From Candidatus Uhrbacteria bacterium RIFCSPHIGHO2_01_FULL_63_20 (GTDB lineage Bacteria > Patescibacteriota > Patescibacteriia > UBA9934 > GWF2-40-263): DNA of 64,000 nucleotides. Below, piece after piece: positions 27,393 through 36,281 of the stretch (position 1 is the first letter of the stretch; every line of letters begins with the position of its first letter). The notes beneath the pieces were generated by a model that saw only the letters and a list, made by a program, of their open reading frames with translations, made no database searches and had not been told where the DNA came from. The position numbers were made by a program, and so were the translations under genes. The stretch lies in NCBI GenBank assembly GCA_001791045.1, contig MGDT01000004.1, forward strand, positions 136,767 to 200,766, read 5' to 3'.

Positions 27393-29882
27393 TCAGGTCT
27401 TGAACTTTTCGCACTTGCCGACGCGGAACTTGTTCGGCATTTTCTTGCAGTGCTCCTCGAGCGTGACCCGACCCGGAGAACCGTCGACGACCTTGGTGGT
27501 CACTTTGGGCTTCGGCGCCTCCTCCTGGGCCCTGGGTTCCTCGGGATCGGACTTGTTCAGGTCCGCGGTCTTCTTCGCCTCCTCCTCGGCCAGCTTCCGC
27601 TTCTCTTCTTCGAGTTGCTTCTGCTTGTCCGCTTCGGAGGTGACCGAGTCCGGCGTCGTCGCGATTTGCGGCGGATCCGTCTTCGGCGATTCCTGGACCA
27701 CGGTGAACGCCGTGAAGTCCGGGTACGGGGCGAACTTCATCCCGACCACGAACAGCCCGGCGGCGAGCAGTACCCAGCTTGCCGCCACCGCCACCTTGTT
27801 CTCGTCCGCGAACTTCTTCGTCGCCCACGCGCACAGCGCGAGGATGGCGAGACAGATCGCGACGAACGCGAGGAACGGCGCGTTCGTTGACAACCCGACC
27901 CACAAGGCCGTAATGACCGCGTCCACCTGCTCCTTAAAGGCCAGCCGGACGAGCACGAGCGACATCAGGACGTAAATCGTGATGGAGCTCGAGATCTCGA
28001 ACCGCCGCAGCCATTCCACGGCATACGCGCGCCGCAGACCGTAGTACACCACCAGGTAGCCGGCCGAGAACCCCAGCGGGATTCCCAGACGCGCCCAGAA
28101 GGTGATGTCCTCTCGCCAGTAGTGGAGCGATGCAAGAAGACCAGCCAGTCCGAACACCCGAGCGAGCAGAAGCCCCGTCCGAAGCGTCCGATCCGGCGTC
28201 TTATCCGTGCGCCCGATCGCTTGATCGAACGCATTGGCGATCTCCTGGACCAGCTCGCTCGGAAGCCAGATGGCCAGGGACAGGATCGTTCCGCACAGCA
28301 GGGCGAGCGCGACGCCGGCACCGTTGCCGATGCCGTGTCCGATCAGGATGAACGCCGGAAGCGAGAGATAGATCAGGAGGCCGACGAACGCCGGACCGCT
28401 GACCGTATCCCACGCCCGACGCCATCGTCCTTTCTTCTTTGGGGGAATGGCCGGCGGCTTCGGGGCCGGCCGGCTCTTCCACGCGTCTTCCCGGGCCTTC
28501 ACCAGCTCATCTGCGAGCTGGTCGAGGTCGGGATTCGGAAGCAGCGCGTTGAGCTCGGCCTCGGCCTTTCGGAACTCCGCGATGGGGTCCCGTCCGGCCT
28601 CGGCCAAGCCCCGCGCGAGCTTCACGTGACCCATCACCTTGAGGATCGGGTCGGTCATGTCGGCGACCGTCTTCTTCGCTTTCGCGAAGGTGACGGCCGG
28701 GTCCTTGTCGGCCTTGTGCAGCTCGTGAGCCGCCTCGAGGAGCGCCAGAAGGCGGTCCCAGGGGTCGGTGATCGTGTCGGCCGTCTGCACCTTGTCGAGC
28801 GCATCCGAGAGGTCTGCCGGCGCCGGAGCGGGAGTTTCCTCCTTCTCCGTGCCGAGCAGCCCCTTCAGGAGCCCCGTCCCGCCCACGAGTCCGAGCCCCG
28901 CCTTGTTGGCAAGCTCCTGCTTGCCGCCGGCGAAGGCGCGGATGGCGGCGGTGACCTTGTCGAAACCCGCGTCGGTGAGGGTGCCGTCACGTTGGACGAC
29001 CCCTTCCTCGACGAGCGTCCTCGCCACCTCCGCGGGGAGGTTCCTGGCTTCGTCCACGTAGCCATGGCCCTCGATCTTTTTGAACAGATCGGAGCTTTGG
29101 CGGGCGGTGGCTCCGTACGCGATGGCGATTGCCACCACGTTGGGGTCCACCTCCTTGTGTTCCACGGCCTTCGCCTCGCCGGCCTTCACGCCCTTCGCCT
29201 CTTCCATGCGACGCTTGACCGCTTCTTCTTGGCAGAACGGGCACACGTGCCCTCCCGCCATTCCGACGCCGGTCAGGTAGTCCACGAGGACGAGGTTCGA
29301 GCGGTCGACCGACGGGCACGGCACGGCCGGTCCGCCGCGCGGATCCGTCCTCACCTTGCCTTCGGCGTCGACCGCCACCACGTGTAGGCTGCGTCCGTCG
29401 AAGGCGTAGACCCGGTCGTCGACCGAAGCCGAACCGACCTTCGCCGTCGCGTCGAGGCGCATGAGCTTCTTGCGAAGCACCCCTTCCACATCCGCGTCCG
29501 CGATGCCGTCGAGTGAGTCGAACAGCACCTCGAACGAGCTCAAACCGAGCAGGAGCGCCGCCTTGGTCTTGTCGTCGAACGGGAGCATCGGCACCTCGGC
29601 CTGGAGGCCGTGGGCGACGCTTCCGATGAAGTTCCCGGCGGCGTTGATGCCGGGGATCCCTCGCGCGAACAGGATCGCCTTGAGCACGAGCTCGTTTCCT
29701 CGCTCGCCCTGGGCGTACTCCTCTTCGACGTACTTCTTGAGCGTCTTGCTCAAGAAGTCGCGACCGGTCTCCTTGCCGAACTCGAGCGCCGCGCCGGCCG
29801 AGACCCGCTTCCAGAAATCTCCCTGGAACGAGCTCCACAAGCCACGGACGCCGCCTTTCTGACCCTTGTTCTTGTTGGCCAT
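27393..29882 (-). CDS. 829-aa orphan membrane protein (soluble N-domain, ~8 TM, charged C-tail)
   Basis: Single long ORF with an ATG start. A Cys pair and triplet lie in the N-domain (VPCP...HVCPFCQ). A hydrophobic block spans ~aa 470-720. The tail is E/K-rich and ends HCKKMPNKFRVGKCEKFKT. Confidence 0.6.
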   Translation of the reverse strand: MANKNKGQKGGVRGLWSSFQGDFWKRVSAGAALEFGKETGRDFLSKTLKKYVEEEYAQGERGNELVLKAILFARGIPGINAAGNFIGSVAHGLQAEVPMLPFDDKTKAALLLGLSSFEVLFDSLDGIADADVEGVLRKKLMRLDATAKVGSASVDDRVYAFDGRSLHVVAVDAEGKVRTDPRGGPAVPCPSVDRSNLVLVDYLTGVGMAGGHVCPFCQEEAVKRRMEEAKGVKAGEAKAVEHKEVDPNVVAIAIAYGATARQSSDLFKKIEGHGYVDEARNLPAEVARTLVEEGVVQRDGTLTDAGFDKVTAAIRAFAGGKQELANKAGLGLVGGTGLLKGLLGTEKEETPAPAPADLSDALDKVQTADTITDPWDRLLALLEAAHELHKADKDPAVTFAKAKKTVADMTDPILKVMGHVKLARGLAEAGRDPIAEFRKAEAELNALLPNPDLDQLADELVKAREDAWKSRPAPKPPAIPPKKKGRWRRAWDTVSGPAFVGLLIYLSLPAFILIGHGIGNGAGVALALLCGTILSLAIWLPSELVQEIANAFDQAIGRTDKTPDRTLRTGLLLARVFGLAGLLASLHYWREDITFWARLGIPLGFSAGYLVVYYGLRRAYAVEWLRRFEISSSITIYVLMSLVLVRLAFKEQVDAVITALWVGLSTNAPFLAFVAICLAILALCAWATKKFADENKVAVAASWVLLAAGLFVVGMKFAPYPDFTAFTVVQESPKTDPPQIATTPDSVTSEADKQKQLEEEKRKLAEEEAKKTADLNKSDPEEPRAQEEAPKPKVTTKVVDGSPGRVTLEEHCKKMPNKFRVGKCEKFKT

Positions 29883-29987
29883 GGGATGGCCCTCCTTGTT
29901 TTCGCGCGGATCATGACTCCGCGAGGTTTGGAAACACCTGCGCCATCTCGGGCGGGTTCATGAGATCCGCACGAAAAATGACCTCCT

Positions 29988-30016
29988 TATATACCAAAAA
30001 AACGGGGCTTTGTCAA
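29988..30016 (-). promoter_or_regulatory. consensus promoter (TTGACAAAGCCCCGTTTTTTTGGTATATA)
   Basis: TTGACA (30016-30011), 17-nt spacer, TATATA (29993-29988). It lies ~100 nt upstream of the 829-aa gene. Confidence 0.55.
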
Positions 30017-30039
30017 CCCCGCCTGGCAGCGTGTTTCGC

Positions 30040-31167
30040 TTAGGTTCGCAAAAAATCGGAAATCCTGCCGCCGGCCTTCAGGAGGTCCGTGACAGCCTGG
30101 CGCTCCTTCACGCGTCCGACCAAGGTCGCCCCGACCAATTTCCCGCCACGGCCGAACAGCTGGATCACCCCCTCGCGCGCGTCCCCGATCACGCGCACCT
30201 CATCAGACTTTTCACGGCTCGCGTCGCCCACGAAGGTGACCTGGATCCCGAGCGCGTTCGTCGAGTATGAGGAGACGAGACGGAGCGGCTTATTCTCCCC
30301 GGCCATGTTCGCGGCCACGGCGCGACCTTGCATCTGCGCGTTCATCCAGTTCCCCACCAACCGCTGCCGACCGACGGCGAGATCCATGAACTCGGCGACG
30401 TCCCCGGCCGCGAACACGCCCGGAACGTTCGTTTGAAGAAACTCGTCGGTCTTCACCCCCTGGTTCACGTCCACTCCAGCCTCGCGCGCCCATCCAAAAT
30501 TCCCTTCAAGTCCGATACCCACTCCGACGAGGTTTTCTCCACCGAGCGGAAATTCCTCAACCCCTGTCCGTACCTCAACCCCCTCGACTTCCAATTTCGT
30601 CCGTATGATCTCCCATGACCCCTCATCAAGCGCCTTGGGCCAAAACCGGTCCCCGCGGCAGGCGACGTCGAACAGGATGCCGTAATGGGAAAACAGCTCC
30701 GCGAACTCGCACGCGATGAACCCGCTGCCGTAGACGACGGCACGTCCGGAAACGCCTTCATGGATCAGCTGCAAGATGTGGTCCGCGTCATCCAGGGTCT
30801 GGAGGTAGCACACCCCGCGCCGGTCCTCGGGCAGCACGCGCGGTTCCCCGCCGCTTGCGATGAGCAGGCGGTCGTATTCTCTCTCCCGGCCGTCGGAAAG
30901 CGACACGAATCTGTTCGTGACGTCGAGGTTCCGCACCGAAATCCCTGGCAGCCATTCGATCCGTTGCTCGGCGTACCACTCGGGCTTCTTGAGGAACACC
31001 CGTTCGCGCGGCACCTTGCCCTTAAGGTAGTGCGGCAACAGCACCCGGCTGTACAGCGGATGGATCTCCTCGCTCACGAGCGTGATGGAGGCGTCGGGGT
31101 CGCGTCGGCGCAGCTCCTCGGCCGCGGTGGTGCCGGCGATCCCCCCGCCGACGATGACGAAACGCAT
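30040..31167 (-). CDS. FAD-dependent pyridine nucleotide-disulfide oxidoreductase (ferredoxin-reductase-like)
   Basis: MRFVIVGGGIAGTTAAEEL (FAD GxGxxG), VVYGSGFIACEFAE (NAD GxGxxA), and VFAAGDVAEF. Confidence 0.85.
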   Translation of the reverse strand: MRFVIVGGGIAGTTAAEELRRRDPDASITLVSEEIHPLYSRVLLPHYLKGKVPRERVFLKKPEWYAEQRIEWLPGISVRNLDVTNRFVSLSDGREREYDRLLIASGGEPRVLPEDRRGVCYLQTLDDADHILQLIHEGVSGRAVVYGSGFIACEFAELFSHYGILFDVACRGDRFWPKALDEGSWEIIRTKLEVEGVEVRTGVEEFPLGGENLVGVGIGLEGNFGWAREAGVDVNQGVKTDEFLQTNVPGVFAAGDVAEFMDLAVGRQRLVGNWMNAQMQGRAVAANMAGENKPLRLVSSYSTNALGIQVTFVGDASREKSDEVRVIGDAREGVIQLFGRGGKLVGATLVGRVKERQAVTDLLKAGGRISDFLRT

Positions 31168-31171
31168 GCGG

Positions 31172-31441
31172 TCACGGTTCGGGAAACAACTGTTTTCCCG
31201 CCTCATCGAAAATGAAGATGGCGAGCGTCGGGCAGGACTGGGCCGCGAGCAGGATGTTCTCCTTCTCGGCCTCGGTCACCTCGATCTCGCGCTCATAGGC
31301 GGGACCGCCCGGCGCGTTCCCGTGGTCGTACACCTCGGCCTTGTTCTCGGCGTTCAGCTGGAACGTGGCCGCGTCGATGGTGACGCAGGAGGCCGCCCCG
31401 ATGCACAGGTCCGGGTCCACTTTGATCTTGAGCTTTGGCAT
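31172..31441 (-). CDS. small ferredoxin (single Fe-S cluster type)
   Basis: MPKLKIKVDPDLCIGAASCV...AAQSCPTLAIFI. This is a CxxxxC...CP ferredoxin pattern. It is 89 aa and sits 4 nt from the reductase gene. Confidence 0.75.
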   Translation of the reverse strand: MPKLKIKVDPDLCIGAASCVTIDAATFQLNAENKAEVYDHGNAPGGPAYEREIEVTEAEKENILLAAQSCPTLAIFIFDEAGKQLFPEP

Positions 31442-31442
31442 A

Positions 31443-32093
31443 TCAACCGAAATACTTTTCGCGATAGAACCGGATGAGATCCTCGACCGCCGGCAACACG
31501 CCCGGGTTCCCGATCCCCACCTTGGTCTTTTGCTGCACCGCTTCGAGCGTGTGCGCCCCTTCGAGCACCGCCTCCTCGATGTCATGGTCGGTGACCTTGG
31601 CCACCAGGTCCACGACGCGCGAGGCTTCGACCACGATGCGGTCGAATCGGCCCGCGCGGCGGTAGAAATCGTTGATCGCGTCGCGCAGCGCCTTGTCGCA
31701 CAGGACCGAGCAGTGGAACTTGCGCGCCGGCAGCCCGCCCAGCCGGTTCATGATGTCCATGGGTTTCAAGGCGCGCGCTTCCTCAAGCGTCATCCCGCCG
31801 TTCTCGGTCACCATCACCGATGCCACCGAGGTCGAGGCGATCGCGCTCCCGCACCCGAACGTCTTCCAGCGGAACTCCCGGATGCGTTCGCTCCCCGGAT
31901 CCACCTTCAGCCACACGCGCAGCTCGTCGCCGCACGCCGGAGAGCCCACCTTTCCGGTCGCGTCGTACTCGTCCGTGGCCACGTCGCGGTCCATGAAGTT
32001 CTTCGGATGGAAAAAATGCTCCTTCACGATGTCCGTGTAGAACCAGGACTGCTTGCGGTCGCGACTGCTCACGTCAGACATAATACTTTTCAT
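31443..32093 (-). CDS. nifU: NifU/IscU-type Fe-S scaffold with BFD-like [2Fe-2S] domain
   Basis: Motifs GSPACGDELRVWL, FGCGSAIASTS, HCSVL, plus a C-terminal BFD-like segment. Its start overlaps the end of nifS. Confidence 0.85.
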   Translation of the reverse strand: MKSIMSDVSSRDRKQSWFYTDIVKEHFFHPKNFMDRDVATDEYDATGKVGSPACGDELRVWLKVDPGSERIREFRWKTFGCGSAIASTSVASVMVTENGGMTLEEARALKPMDIMNRLGGLPARKFHCSVLCDKALRDAINDFYRRAGRFDRIVVEASRVVDLVAKVTDHDIEEAVLEGAHTLEAVQQKTKVGIGNPGVLPAVEDLIRFYREKYFG

Positions 32094-33276
32094 CGACCCT
32101 GACCGGGGAGATGGCGCGCAGCTTCTGCACGAGCGGCGGGAGCGTGTCGAGCACGTAATCCACGTCCGCCTCGGTGGTGGCGCGGCCCAGGCTGAATCGC
32201 AGCGACCCGTGGGCGACCTCGTAGGGAAGCCCCAGGGAGAGAATCACGTGGCTGGGCTCGAGCGCGGCGCTGGTACAAGCCGAGCCGGTGGAGGCCTCGA
32301 TCCCCGCCGCATCAAGGTACAGCAACAGCGCTTCCCCTTCCATGTCGAGGAACGACAGGTTGGCGTTGTTGGGGAGCCGAAGCGTGGCATGGCCGTTGAG
32401 CCGCGACTTCGGGACGCGTGCGAGCAGGCCGCCGATGAGCGTGTCGCGCAGCGCGATGAGCCGCGCGTTCTCGGCTTCCCGTATCTCGGAGGAGATCTCG
32501 AGCGCCGTGGCGAGACCGACCGCGCCTGCCACGTTCTCGGTGCCCGGACGGATGCCGCGCTCCTGCGTCCCGCCGAACTGGAGCGGCTGGAGCTTCACCC
32601 CGCGCTTCGCGTACAAGGCGCCGATCCCTTTCGGCCCATAAATCTTCCCGCCGTTGATCGTGAGCAGCTCCACGCGCAGCTTCTCCACGTCGAGTTCCAT
32701 GGCCCCGGCCCCCTGGCAGGCGTCGGTGTGCAGCACGGCCTTGGTATGCCCCGCCTCGCGGAGCTTCTTGAGCCGCTTGCCGATGTCCGCGACCGGTTGG
32801 ATGGTGCCGATCTCGTTGTTCGCGAGCATCACCGACACGAGCACGGTGTCCGGACGCACCGCGGCGATCGCGTCATCCGCGCTCACGATCCCGTCACGGC
32901 CAGGCGAGACGTACGTCGCGGTGAATCCTTCTTTCTTTTCCAGGTGACCGACGGACTCCAGGACGGCCGGATGCTCGAACGCCGATGTCACCAAGTGACA
33001 TCCGTTCGCTTTATTCGCCCGCGCATAGCCCAATACGGCCAGATTGTCCGATTCGGTCCCGCCCGAGGTGAACAGGATCTCGTCGGGTCGCGCATGGATG
33101 AGCGACGCGATGCGGGTTCGCGCGTCGTCGAGCGCGTCCTTCGCCTCCTTGCCGTCGCCGTGGAAGCTCGACGGGTTGCCCCCGGCCCCCTCGAGGAACG
33201 GCCGCATGGAACGAAGCACGCGGCTGTCGAGCGGCGCGGCGGCGGCGTGGTCCAGGTAGACGTGGCGGGTGGCCAT
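32074..33276 (-). CDS. nifS: cysteine desulfurase (NifS/IscS class)
   Basis: Motifs YLDHAAAAP, FTSGGTESDN, HTDACQGAG, the PLP-lysine region GGKIYGPKGIGALY, and the active-site loop STGSACTS. Confidence 0.9.
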   Translation of the reverse strand: MATRHVYLDHAAAAPLDSRVLRSMRPFLEGAGGNPSSFHGDGKEAKDALDDARTRIASLIHARPDEILFTSGGTESDNLAVLGYARANKANGCHLVTSAFEHPAVLESVGHLEKKEGFTATYVSPGRDGIVSADDAIAAVRPDTVLVSVMLANNEIGTIQPVADIGKRLKKLREAGHTKAVLHTDACQGAGAMELDVEKLRVELLTINGGKIYGPKGIGALYAKRGVKLQPLQFGGTQERGIRPGTENVAGAVGLATALEISSEIREAENARLIALRDTLIGGLLARVPKSRLNGHATLRLPNNANLSFLDMEGEALLLYLDAAGIEASTGSACTSAALEPSHVILSLGLPYEVAHGSLRFSLGRATTEADVDYVLDTLPPLVQKLRAISPVRVDEKYYV

Positions 33277-33327
33277 AATGATTGGTCACCTTAGCAGCGA
33301 AAACGGCCCCGTTCAAGGGGCCGTGAC

Positions 33328-33876
33328 CTAGAGAGAAACGCTGAACGTGTCCCGCACGAATGTCCCGATGAAATACCCGATGGACGCGGCGGCCATGGAG
33401 ATAAACAGCATCTCGAGCCCCGAGCGCAGACGGTCGCGCTTGGTGAACTTCGCGCTCCACACGCCGAGAGCAAACAGGGCGATCACGGTCATCACGATGG
33501 ATGGGAGAAAGGCGGAATGGATCGGGAGGAACAGGTAGGGGATGAGCGGGACGAACCCGCCGACCAGGTAGAACACCCCCATCACCGACGCGGCTCGGCG
33601 CGGGGAGATTTCTCCTTGACGGCGTGGGCGGTGACCGTCCTTGTCGCTCGCGCGTTCGGCCGCTTCGTAGGATTTGGTGGAAAGATAGCTCCCGGCCGTC
33701 ATGGACGTGGCCTCCACCGCGATGAGCACGAGGCCCGAGAGGATCACCACGAACCGGCTGTCGGTCCCCACCGCGATGCCGGTGATGGTGCCGAGCGTGG
33801 ACACCAGGCTGTCTTCCAGCCCGAAGATGATCTCGCGCATCGAGGACACGATCTGGGTGCGAAGCGTCTTGAGCAT
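33328..33876 (-). CDS. VIT1/CCC1-family iron/manganese transporter
   Basis: REIIFGLEDSLVSTLGTITGIAVG, followed by TM helices and a G-rich C-terminal half. Start placed at MLKTLRT. Confidence 0.8.
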   Translation of the reverse strand: MLKTLRTQIVSSMREIIFGLEDSLVSTLGTITGIAVGTDSRFVVILSGLVLIAVEATSMTAGSYLSTKSYEAAERASDKDGHRPRRQGEISPRRAASVMGVFYLVGGFVPLIPYLFLPIHSAFLPSIVMTVIALFALGVWSAKFTKRDRLRSGLEMLFISMAAASIGYFIGTFVRDTFSVSL

Positions 33877-33922
33877 AGCGTCATCATTATACCCCCTGCT
33901 ATACTCCCAGAGAATCGTCCAT

Positions 33923-34456
33923 ATGAAACTTCCTGACCCCATCCGACCATTCGACCAGGCCACCCTCATCGTGGTCACCGACAACGTTCAGGCCAAGCTG
34001 TTCCGAGCCGATGGCCGGAACGTGGAGCTTGTAAGCGTCATGAGCCAAAAGCTGGAGCCCATGGAGCAAGAACGCATGGCGATCGCGACCGGCGCCGGCA
34101 TGCGAAGCGGCGACGAGCATAACCCGGGCGACCTCAAGGCCTGGACGCGCGAGCATCTCTACTCGGAGCTGTCGAAGGAGCTCATGCGCCGCCTGCAAAA
34201 CGGGGAGTTCGAACGACTCGCCTTCTGCGCCCCCGAGGAGCATGTGGAGGAGTTGAAGGAGTGCCTGCACGTGGAACTGCTGAAACGCGCCGATGCGTTC
34301 GTGCCCAAACTGCTCACGAACGACGACCTCCAGGATATCGTGGCGCACGTGCAGGAAGAGATGCCAAGCGTGCCGGCGGCGGCGATCGACCCGCATCACC
34401 CGCCGGTGCAACGCGGGAAGAACAAGAACAAAGGACGTACGCCCAAGATGGGTTGA
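33923..34456 (+). CDS. host-attachment/baeRF-like protein (weak call)
   Basis: The pattern ATLIVVTDNVQAKLFRADG...HLYSELSKELMRRLQNGEFERLAFCAPEEHVEELKECL resembles the 'host attachment protein' family layout. Assigned from memory only. Confidence 0.45.
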   Translation: MKLPDPIRPFDQATLIVVTDNVQAKLFRADGRNVELVSVMSQKLEPMEQERMAIATGAGMRSGDEHNPGDLKAWTREHLYSELSKELMRRLQNGEFERLAFCAPEEHVEELKECLHVELLKRADAFVPKLLTNDDLQDIVAHVQEEMPSVPAAAIDPHHPPVQRGKNKNKGRTPKMG

Positions 34457-34490
34457 TTCGCCGCGGGAATTCTGCTACATTCCCGCACGC

Positions 34491-34566
34491 GGCCACGTGG
34501 CGAAGTGGTTAACGCGGCGGTCTGCAAAACCGCTATCCATCGGTTCAAATCCGATCGTGGCCTCCA
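34491..34566 (+). tRNA. tRNA-Cys (anticodon GCA), CCA encoded
   Basis: GGCCACGTGGCGAAGTGGTTAACGCGGCGGTCTGCAAAACCGCTATCCATCGGTTCAAATCCGATCGTGGCCTCCA. Confidence 0.9.
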
Positions 34567-34567
34567 A

Positions 34568-34594
34568 AAACGCACCCTCACGGGCGCGTTTTTG
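34568..34594 (+). terminator. intrinsic terminator after tRNA-Cys
   Basis: AACGCACC-ctcac-GGGCGCGTT followed by TTTTGTTT. Confidence 0.7.
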
Positions 34595-34728
34595 TTTCGA
34601 TACAACTATCGAAATGTACGTCGAGGTAATGGTCCAAGAACGGCCGGACGAGATCGTTAAGTAAGGTATGGGGGATTAATCGGAAGCCGTCGATCATAGT
34701 AGTACCTTCAGTGTTACTGAATGGGTTC

Positions 34729-34765
34729 CAAACAAAATAGGAGTCGACCGTCAGTCGACTCCTAT
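34729..34765 (-). terminator. intrinsic terminator of the Cys4 mini-protein operon
   Basis: 12-bp stem ATAGGAGTCGAC/GTCGACTCCTAT, followed on the minus strand by TTTTGTTTGG. Confidence 0.75.
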
Positions 34766-34795
34766 TGCGCTAGCGGTCTCGCTGATGCAAGGATT

Positions 34796-35095
34796 TTATT
34801 CGTCGTTAGAGACTTCTACATCCTCCGGAATTGATGCCCAAATTGCATTGTACCAACGGAACGCGTTATCTACCCGTTCTGAGTGTAGTTTTTCTGAATC
34901 AAATGGTTCACGTAATGGCATTGGAGCCTTTGCACCACAGACAGGGCAATAATTTACCGGTTGGAAATTAACTCCATCTGTTACCCAATACATGATGCCA
35001 GACCGTTCTTGGACCTCAAAACAGAAATACATGACAAGATGGCGTAGTGATCTTTGTTTGTATGGCATCAGGCATCGATGCCTATTGCTGGTCAT
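34796..35095 (-). CDS. Cys4 (HxC...FC...CPxCGAKAP) mini-protein, paralog A
   Basis: 99 aa from the ATG at 35095, which follows GGAGAAGGAGG. Low-GC gene, paralogous to 35268-35723. Confidence 0.55.
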   Translation of the reverse strand: MTSNRHRCLMPYKQRSLRHLVMYFCFEVQERSGIMYWVTDGVNFQPVNYCPVCGAKAPMPLREPFDSEKLHSERVDNAFRWYNAIWASIPEDVEVSNDE

Positions 35096-35267
35096 TCTTT
35101 CCTCCTTCTCCAATTGCGACAAGAGCTGCGTTGTGAACGAACTGCGGGCGGAATTGCCCGTTCGAACCGATCGAATGCGTCGATCCGTTTGAACGAGGCC
35201 CAGTACCACAACAAAGTAGTGATACTGGGCAAGCACGAGTGAAAACCACTCGTGCCGATGTATATCG

Positions 35268-35723
35268 TTAGAGGCCGTCGAATAGTTTGTTTATCCGCTC
35301 TTTATTTTCAGAATCCTCAGGAAAAAACAACACATTAGCTACCCGCCAGTACAATTCACCCACTTGATTCTCCTTCAAGCCTTGAGCTGCCGTCGCAAGT
35401 AGACGTCTTGGGATTTTCTTTTTCTCGCGAAGACGAAGTCTCATCCTGCGTCTGGCCGCACGCATGTCGAGTTCTGGGAGCGGGATTGCTCTCGCTTCGA
35501 TATCCTTATTGAAATCCAGTCGGGATGTAGGCGCCTTTGCTCCGCACATCGGGCAATAGCTCACCCACAAAACGACCCAAGAATCCAATGCTTTCCATGC
35601 AACAAATTTTCCATCCTGTTCCTCATAACAGAATGTTTCCTCAAGGTAATCGATGGATTTGAAGCGACACGCGTGGAAGTGTGCATCAGGCACGTATAAC
35701 TCCTTGTTGCGGCGCGAAGCCAT
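35268..35723 (-). CDS. Cys4 (HxC...FC...CPxCGAKAP) mini-protein, paralog B, with Arg-rich insert
   Basis: 151 aa. It shares HACRF..FCYEE..YCPMCGAKAP and the tail ..FFPEDSE.. with paralog A. Confidence 0.6.
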   Translation of the reverse strand: MASRRNKELYVPDAHFHACRFKSIDYLEETFCYEEQDGKFVAWKALDSWVVLWVSYCPMCGAKAPTSRLDFNKDIEARAIPLPELDMRAARRRMRLRLREKKKIPRRLLATAAQGLKENQVGELYWRVANVLFFPEDSENKERINKLFDGL

Positions 35724-36281
35724 ATTGTGATGGAACGATCGCCTCCGGAGAGGCGCTGCTCGCCACGAGTTTCTCTCTCCTCATGGCTCCCGAAACTCGC
35801 GAACGTCGCGGGCTTTGGGAGCCGCGCAAGACGAGAACCGTCTTACGCAGATTTACGGGCGCTAGTCATGTTCGGCATTCGTCTCGTGCGTGGCGCTCTC
35901 GCTTAGACGCGCCGTCTCGGCTTGGGCGATCGTGCGGTCATCCTCATCGTCTGTCGGAGTCCGAACCTCCTGCGGAGCCGCATCCGTGCACTGCGGGGCA
36001 TAGGAGAATCGTGGCCCCAAAACCACCACGGCTTCCAAAACTCGGCATATCGCCTCCTGGTGCGCCGTAGCACGTGGCCTGGATGTCTCCAGACACCGGC
36101 GAATGCCGATGATTCAGAAAAGAGTTTCATTCCTCAATTCTTATGTACACCCTACCACTCAAAAGTGTCTTAGTCAATGGTTTGACTGGCTATCTTAGCC
36201 AAATTGCCTAATGCACTAGTCAGAATAGAAAATTTGTGCTAGTCTAGAATCCAGAGTCGGAAATGGCTCCGCTAATCCAAT

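Noticed and set aside
35903-36130. 75-aa minus-strand ORF MKLFSESSAFAGVWRHPGHVLRRTRRRY...
   Set aside because: It is Arg/Trp-rich and low-complexity, and the SD-like GAGGA is directly adjacent to the ATG. Another frame of the same DNA looks more protein-like. It is left unannotated and discussed under the 35724-36281 finding.
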